NCBI RefSeq assembly: GCF_009914755.1
Contig: NC_060928.1
Strand: one strand, 5' to 3'
DNA length: 64,000 nt
From: the human T2T-CHM13v2.0 reference genome, Homo sapiens
Part shown: positions 55,521-64,000 of the stretch, in pieces
Layout: the number at the start of each line of letters is the position of its first letter
Numbering within the stretch: position 1 is the stretch's first letter
Program-made: the position numbers and the translations under genes
The notes under the pieces: model-generated
Database searches by the model: none
Seen by the model: the letters and a program-made list of their open reading frames with translations, nothing else
What the model was told of the DNA's origin: nothing

Positions 55521-56029
55521 CTACCCTCAATAATCTTGAAGTCTAGTTTCTGATTAAGATGTGGCCATCTGTCCCATCTCTGTAGCACACTTAACTTCAA
55601 GAGGAGACCATCTTTTGTGCATGTGAACTCTTCTCTCTCCCGCTGTGGGAGCTAGATCACACCAGAAAAGCCTCTTTTCCAGGGATTGGTGGAAAGACTA
55701 AGGCAGCCAGGGCTGGAGGACCTACTTTGGCAGAGGTGCCCTCTGCTCTGTCCAGGGCTGTCTCCCCAGCTGAACCATGGTCTCAAGGGCTCCTGCTCTC
55801 TGCTGGGTAGGCCTGGTACAATTAATTCTGAGGCCCAATCTTTGATTTGATTGCTGTTAAGTCCTGTTGTTTAGGGAGGGAGAGCGTCTATTTACTCCCT
55901 GACATGGCCAAAGATGGAAACGGAGAAGTTGCAGAAAAACTTTGTGGGTAATAATGTCATACCTAGAAGATGATTGTGTTGCCTGATAGCCATGGGGAAG
56001 ATGGCAAGTAGAGACAGCTTTCTTGGGGG

Positions 56030-56365
56030 TGTGAGTCAGCTTGGGCTGCTGTAACAAAAATATCATAGACTTGGTGGCTTATAAACAACAGAAATTTATT
56101 TCTTACAGACCTGGAGGCTGGAAGTAGCAGATCAGGGTGCTAGTATGGTCAGGTTCTGGTGAAGGCCCTTTTCTGTGTTGGTAACTAAAAAGAGGGCTAA
56201 GAGCTCTCAGGAGTCTTCGTTTTATAAGGGCACCCCAGAGAGTGAGGTGCTACACCTTCATTACCTAATTATCTCCCAAAGGCTCCATTTCCTAATGCCA
56301 TCACATTGGGGATTAGGAAGAACCTCAACATTAAATTTGAGAGGGCACAATCAGTCTCTAACATG
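56030..56365 (-). mobile_element. MLT1A-like LTR
   Basis: GGGCTGCTGTAACAAAA.ATCATAGACTTGGTGGCTTATAAACAACAGAAATTTATTTCT. Confidence 0.8.
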
Positions 56366-58919
56366 GGGATGGGGCCTGAGTTCAGTTTCCTTCTATTAAT
56401 ATATTAGAATATATTAGTGGTAAAGGTGTTAGAGTCTAGACTGACAAAATCAAGACAAAATAAAGAGCCATTAAGTCTTTCAAAATTTAATCTATAATTA
56501 CGCTGTATTCAGAAATGTGCTGGTTCCCAAAGATTAAGTTTTCCTGTGTCTAGGTACTAAAAGAAAATAAAAAGGGAGGAAGGGAGAAAGAGAAAAAGTA
56601 AGGGAGAGAGGAAATCTTTGAGAAAAACTATTAATTAGTATTGAGGAGATCTATAAAGTCTCTTCCTGGGGCTCGTTGTATTTTCAAAGTTGTCCACAGC
56701 AATCTCTCTCACCCTACAAGCTCTTCTGCAAAGAGGTGGAGTCTCCCTCCCTTCCCTCTTGAATTGGGCCTATCATGAGAGCAAAACACCATCTTCTGCT
56801 GGAAAAGAGAAAAGGATAGAATATTTCTGTGGTGAGAAAGAAGGTTATTTGATACCAAACCCAGACCACACCCACTAGAGCTGGAGTTCAGCTTACAGAA
56901 ATGGATCTAAGATCAAGTCAAATCGGTAAAGACACTGGTGAGTCAGCGGGAACCACAGTGAGCTAAAGGTAGCACTGGGTGGGAGGCCAAAGGAGCGGGT
57001 TGACTGATGCTGGAGATTTGATGGGAGCGGAGCCTTCATGAGAAAGGCTGGTATCCCACAAGGTTGCATCAGTGTTGTCAGCATAGTCGTCAGTGGCTTG
57101 AGACCTTTGAACGTGAGCTAGGGGTGGATGTGTGCAGGGGCCTGGAGAGACTGCGGAGATCTGAGTGAGACCAGCTTTGCGGGGTTACTGGCAGTGCACA
57201 TTCTGGCTCTGTTTTCCTGGGATCTGTTTCTTGCCCTTCCTCTACCCTGTTCTAAATCAAAGGGTTCTGACCCTTGTAGGTTGCTTTTCTAAGATCGGAG
57301 GATGATAGGAGGCGCTGACAGGCTGGATGGTGGAGGTAGAGAGGGAGAAACGAGGCCTTCTCCCCTCCTTCCCAGCCGCGCACCTCTCCCACTCCATTTG
57401 TTGCCAGACAGGTCCACTAAGGGTCCAGCCTCCACCCAGTGACGTGGAGACTCCGCGAGGCACCCTGAGCTCCGGGAACCCCCTCCTCCCTTTCCTCTGC
57501 CCCGAGGTGGTGTCAGCTTCCTGTCTTTGCAGTCTGGATTCCTCACCCCACCCTGGCTGGCCTCTCGGCTCCTCCATCCCTTGTGTAATTGATCCCTGCC
57601 TCAAAGTCCTGTCTGGAATTCCCTGGTGGTTTCTGTTTCCTGGTTAGATCCCGACCGATACACTGGCCTCCGGAGCTGGTCAGCTCTGATTCCTAGAAGA
57701 GAGCTGCTAAGGACCGGCCTGGGGACGCCTTGCTGAAAGAGGTTTGTAGGGAAACCAACCGACTTCAGGACAGTCCAGTATGTGGCTTACTTGACCCCAT
57801 TCTCTCCAGAACGACATAAGCTGTTATCTTAAGGGAGGGACTTTAATGGAGGAATTGATTTGGGATGGGGTGAAGGATTCACTAAAAGAGAGGCATCAGT
57901 GGCACCAGAGAGCAGAGAAAGCTCATGTCCTCTCAGTTTAGAAATAACCAAGTGTTCTGGTGGGGGCTTATGCATCACTGAATTACTGTCGCATTCTTGG
58001 GCCCCATATAACGTTTGTATCTTGTGTCTGGTTCAAATAGAACAGAGAATAAGGGAGTGAGTGCCTCTAATTTAATATTCTTATGTTTCCATCACGTCAA
58101 ATTCCCACTAGGACAAATGTATACAAATGAATCATTATAATTTTTTCCCTTTTACCCTAGCTGAGCCACTTGGGCCTCTGCTAAGAAATGATGATAAAAG
58201 TGATGAAAACAAAGCATAACATTATAATGTCATTTAAAAAATGAAAGATTTCCAGGAGATCCTTTGTTGTGCTGGAAGAGCACGAGCTGCATGTTTAAAT
58301 GACTTTTTGTTTTCCCTTTTGGATAATCACAGAGAGTAATGTAACCAAAATAATCTTGGACTGCTGCTGAGGTCATCATTTAGTTCCTGCTGACATGTTG
58401 TGCTGGTCAGAAAGCAGGGGATCTCAAAGGGAGTACAGCCCTGGAGACATGAGAGAAGGCGTCATTCAGACTGCTGGTGCTTCCCTCAGAGACAACAGGG
58501 GCATGGGGTTTGAATCTGGCTGTTCATTCTCCCATCCCAACACTGGAGACACAGATGAGGAGCACACCTGTATCCCAGGCATTGTAGATTACAGCGGGAG
58601 AGAGAAATGCCAACTGGGACTGTGTCCTTGGGGGATGCGATTTTTCATACTGTATAATGAACGTGCAATAGGGAAGAGCATTTCATTGTGGGTTTTACTG
58701 CACTAGGCGATTCTGACGGGTATATGGATACTCATTCCAACTTACAGTCATAAGATGAAGACGGTCATGGGGAAGCTGCCTGGCTTCCAATGAAATATTG
58801 GGGAAGAGGATTCAATATCAAAAGTTCAGAACGGAGAATAGCAGAGTACAATTATAAAGCCCTAGGTCATTTGCTTACTTGTTTTATTCCCTTCACTAGA
58901 CACAGGGCTGCAACCACAC

Positions 58920-59470
58920 ATTATGGGATAGTTTAGAAATGTGGCCCACAAATTCTTTGACACTCCTCCTATGAAAATGAGGGATTCATATCTCCTGCTC
59001 TTGAATCTGGGGAGAGAGTGGGGGAAGCTTGTGAGTGTTTTGACGACCAATAGTGTACAGTGAAAGTGACAAAATGGGATTTCTGGGGCTGGATCATAAA
59101 AGGCCATGTAGCTTTCATCTTACAAACTGAAACACTCTTTCGTAGAGCCCTAAGCTGCCGTGTAAGGCATCTGACTACGCTGAAGCCACTACATTGGAAA
59201 GGTCACATGGAGGAGCTCCAGCTGACAGTCTCGGAGGAGCTCAGCTTCAAGCCATCCCTGCAAGGTATCAGCCATATAAATGAATCAGCCCAGCTGCCAG
59301 TCAAGTATCTTTGCATGGCTTCCATCAGTGCCTCATGAAACGGAAGATTGACTAGCCAAGACTTGCCCAAATTCCTGACCCACAAAATCATGAGATATAA
59401 TAAAATGGTTGTTATTTTAAGCCACTAAGCATTGGGGTGATTTGTTATGCAGCAATGGCTAACGAGAACA
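58920..59470 (+). mobile_element. MLT1F-like LTR
   Basis: GGCCCACAAATTCTTTGACACTCCTCC...CCCAAATTCCTGACCCACAAAATCATGAGATATAATAAAATGGTTGTT.TTTTAAGCCACTAAG. Confidence 0.8.
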
Positions 59471-59512
59471 TATTCCTAACTAGACAAGTTCCTAGTCTAT
59501 TCACAAAGGTAC

Positions 59513-59868
<356 letters not shown>

Positions 59869-60077
59869 TAGCCTTCAGCATCTTTTATTGAGTGCCTGCT
59901 GCAAGCCCCTTTGATATGGGGGATACAAGGTATAAGGTTTAGTTTCTGACCTAAAGGAACTGATAAAATAATAATTATGGGATACCATTCACTGAAGTAT
60001 TACTATGATTAGGCTAATGATTCTCAGAGTATGGTACCTAAACAATACATCAGCATCACCTTGGAATTTGTTAGGGT

Positions 60078-60312
<235 letters not shown>

Positions 60313-60315
60313 ACT

Positions 60316-60618
60316 GGGATTGGATAGTTTGAATAATTTTAGCAGGCTCTGAGGCATAGGGTCTACCCCTCATTGCCTGCTACCTGGCCCTGGCAATGAC
60401 TAGGATACAGGACTAGTGACCCAAATGTGAGAGCCCAGAGAAAGGAGGTAATGGGTGGGTATGGGCTTTAGATTGGTTGGTTTGCATAGAAAGGCACATT
60501 CACAGATCAGTTGGTTACTATCTCTAGGAGTTGGCTAGTTTTGGGAGCAGCAATCTCTCCAGGGTCAGCAAGGTCCCACACATCAAAGAATTAGAATAAA
60601 AAGACCTGCTTGATACAG
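60316..60618 (-). mobile_element. ERVL LTR fragment (MER74-like)
   Basis: GATTGGTTGGTTTGCATA.AAAGGC; TATCTCTAGGA.TTGGCTA; CTCCAGGGTCAGCAAGG; ends TGATACA. Confidence 0.6.
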
Positions 60619-61816
60619 ATAGATACAATTACCCTATATTTCAGATGGCAAAGTTGAAATCCTGAGAAGTAAGTCATATCTTCACCAAGGGGAGGACCTA
60701 GATTTAAACCTGAGTCTGCTGGACCCCCCAAACCATGCTCTTACCAATGTGCTATTCTGTTCTTCATCGAGCTAATTAAGCATACATGTGGGCATCTATA
60801 ATTGTATAAAAAGATAATTTACAGAGCAAATGAGGATGCTGAGTAATTTCTATAGAAAATAATTGCATGAAGCAATGAGAAGGAGGAGGGATTGCTTGTA
60901 GTGGTCACAGAAGACTTGTGGAAAAGGGTCATTCAGACTGCTGCTGCCCCCACTCAGAGACGATGGATGATGGGCATTGTGTTTGCTGGGTGGGTCTTGA
61001 AAGTTGGATAGAATGGGTCTGGGCAAAACTGGGGAGAAAGAACATTCTGAAAAGATGGGAAATGATGTGATCACAAGGCTCAAAGGCAGTAGTGTGCAAA
61101 GTCTGATGAAAACACCAAGTGTTAATAGGCTGCCTTGGTTATTTGAAAGTAGATTAGGAGGAGACAGAAGTTGGATGCAGCTGGATGCCACCTATTTTAA
61201 TGAGCTAAATGCATCAGAAGCAGTGCATGGATGTGCAAAAGGTTTGGCACTGTGGTCTAAATATCAAGAAAGTATCTCCATCTAAAAGTAGTGCCATAAT
61301 CTAGGTGCCTGAGCTGGGTAAAATGTAGAGTAAGAATCTAGCTGGGAATTTCCAGCTTGGCATCTTGTGAGATAATATGTTAGGCTGGGAATCTGTGACC
61401 AACAGGGAGCACACAGACAATGGAAGATGTTTCCATGTGGACTAAAAAGAGCATCAAAGCTTTTGGGAAGTGAAACTGACAGCCAGGCTTTCGTTTAGAT
61501 GCTTCTGAGCACTCACATTGTCCCAGGCACTGTGCTAGGTGATAGGGAGTTATACATCATTAGTCATGCTAATCAAACAGGGTCTCTGCCACTGAGGTAC
61601 TAAAAAGTAGTGAGCTCACAGTCTTTGCACACTAGAGAGAGCAGAGGAGGCGTCTGTGCAGCCCAGCCTTGGAAAGGTGGAATGAACGGGCGCCTGTCTG
61701 TGTGGTGAAATTCCAGGAGGCACCCACAGAGATTATGGCAGCGCAAGGTCGACCCTCCTATGGCTTAGCTTGCAAGCCTCCCACTTCTGTGGCGGGAGTC
61801 ACACTCTCTATCATCA

Positions 61817-62114
61817 CTTTTTTTTTTTTTTTTTGAGACAGGGTCTTGCTCTGTCACCCAGGCTGAAGTACAGTGGTGTGATCATGGCTCACTGCAGGCT
61901 TGACCTCCTGGGCTTCTCCCACCTCAGCCCCCATGAGTAACTGGGACTACAGGTGCTCACCACCATGCCCACCTACCTTTAATTTTTTTTTTTTTTTATA
62001 GACCAGGTCTTACTATGTTGCCTAGGGTGGTCCCAAACTCTTACGCTCAAGGGATTCTCCCAATCTGGCCTTTCAAATTGTTGGGATTACAGGCGTTAGC
62101 CACTGCGCCCAGCC
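61817..62114 (-). mobile_element. AluJ
   Basis: Alu consensus; TSD TCATCACTTTT on both sides. Confidence 0.88.
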
Positions 62115-64000
62115 TGTGTCATCACTTTTATACTTTAGTAGGGTCCAGATCACCAAGGGAGCTTAATAATGCACATTACTGGGCCCTACCCCTCACCAAA
62201 GATGCAGGTTCCCTGAATGATAAAAGAACACCACCTTACATCCTCGATAACACCTTTAATACCTTTGTTATCAGTTAATAACAGAGCAGCCAGCATTGAT
62301 AAGAATCTAACTAGAATGTAAGCTTCAGAAGGGCAGAGGTATTTGTCTATTTTGTTCACTGGTATATCCACAGCGCCTGGCCATATTAGGCACTTAGTAG
62401 CTCTTTGTTGAATGAAGCATATTGAAACATAGATGTGGAGGGTGCAGGGGAGGGGAAGAAATTAAGTCAAAAAGATGTGTCAACAAGAAGAAAGGGATAC
62501 TTTTAATACGGGAAGTGGAAAGATATTAAGTGCAAATTTGGCTTTTCCAAAGGTCTGCTATATTTGGGTGGGGAAGGAAGGCGGGGAGGGGAAGGCTCCG
62601 GTCTTCACTCTGCTGAACTAAAATTATAAGTTGAATGATGCCTCCTAAACCATTGGTCTAAGAAATGTTCTGATTATGGAAAAATATCCATTCAGTGCCT
62701 TTCAAATTCTCCGAAGGCCCCTCTTTTCTTACTGTTTCTAACCTTCCGCCATGTTCAGAGAAAACAAACACCCAGCTCTTCTGAGCTACAGAAATTCTCT
62801 GACGGGCCCACGTGCTCATTTTTATCGACGTTCCCCAGGTCACTGTTAATTCAGGCCCCAGCAACAGCACAGGAATGCCCTGGCATCCCCACAGCTCCTT
62901 CCTGAGGAGATGAGCAGGTCGGCTGGAAAACACAATAGAATACAAAGGGAAAAGATCTTGGAAAAGATGAAGGAGAAAAATCAGGACCCCTCACCAAGTT
63001 AAACAAACATCTGGACTGAAGGGCTGTGTAATCAGGTTTTATAAAATTATTTTCAATAGGAAATGATGTTTTACTCTATATCTATGAGACATTTAGTTTT
63101 CAACATTCTTTTCCCTCTAAATTCATATCCTTAGTTCTAATTCATTTCTCTGTTTATACATCTTCTTTGGAAAGATATTTTTTTCTTTTACACATCTTTT
63201 TTTTTCTTTCTGATCATTTCTGTATTTGGCCTAATTTTCTCCTTTTGCTTTGGACCAGCAGTGTGTGGGCCTCAACAGGTAGGCAGGAAAGCAGCTGGTC
63301 TCTGAAAGAATCAAGCAGATCACAAAATGTCTGTGAAATGAACATGTCTGCCTCAAGCTTCCCACTCTGACGGGGCTCAGTGCCGAGCTCTGATTTGCTC
63401 TGGTGAAAAAAAAAAAATCCCCTAATTTCACTGTCAAGGTTTTGAGAGGCATTCTCATGGTTTTAAAGAGATTATTGCATAATTTGTTCATGTTTAAAGA
63501 ATTATATTGTTAAATAAATTTAGCTCTCCAGATTCTAAATGACAAAAACAAGAGAAGTTACATCATTTGAATTATGAAGTGATAATGTCTTCCAATTCTG
63601 CCCCAATCAAAAGTGTAACAGTTTAAAGCTTATAATAATCATGTTCAAACATATTCAGATTATAATTACTTTTCTTCTGATAATGATAGCCCGTCTGATT
63701 GGATGATTACCTATTTGACTTTGATAAGTCTCAGAGGTCAAAAAAGGGATAATTGCAGACATCTGTTTTCTATGGAAAATATAATCTCAGAAAATAGTGT
63801 TTAAAGTGACATCTGCAAATATGTGTTTTAGAAAGAAACTCGTTGTACATTTAAAATCATAGGGAAAAGAAGCAATTCCTAAGCTACTATGTATCACCCT
63901 GTCTTTGTAAATAGATGAGCGAGTTTAACTTACTAGTATTCATGTATGCATGAGTAATTACAAGCAGGCATGATTATATTTTGTACAGGTAGAATTAGAA

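Overview
Human (hominid) genomic DNA: two Alus carry all AluYa5 diagnostic bases, and AluYa5 is essentially human-specific. The window is repeat-rich and contains no cellular protein-coding exon I can recognise. The ORF track is mostly Alu, LTR, microsatellite or GC-rich noise, except decayed retroviral gag/pro/pol remnants. Main elements: a degenerate MLT1E/ERVL-type provirus (~0.8-3.7 kb); a HERV-H provirus (4035-8955) that lacks its 5' LTR but keeps a complete LTR7up-like 3' LTR; many Alu, L1, MaLR/ERV LTR, Tigger, MER, MIR and L2 pieces; and a CpG-island promoter (~42.4-43.2 kb). Strong minus-strand donors at 43113 and 26901 suggest alternative non-coding first exons of a leftward gene that I cannot name. 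The most unusual local structures are the HERV-H 5' deletion junction, a chimeric old/young AluYa5 facing a second AluYa5, a perfect 44-bp inverted repeat, an L1 with a 15-nt 3' transduction, a 38-bp TSD-flanked orphan insertion and a + strand splice-signal cluster with a 15-nt microexon-like unit. I see no clear evidence of a new multi-gene system. Repeat subfamily names come from remembered consensus sequences and need RepeatMasker/Dfam confirmation.
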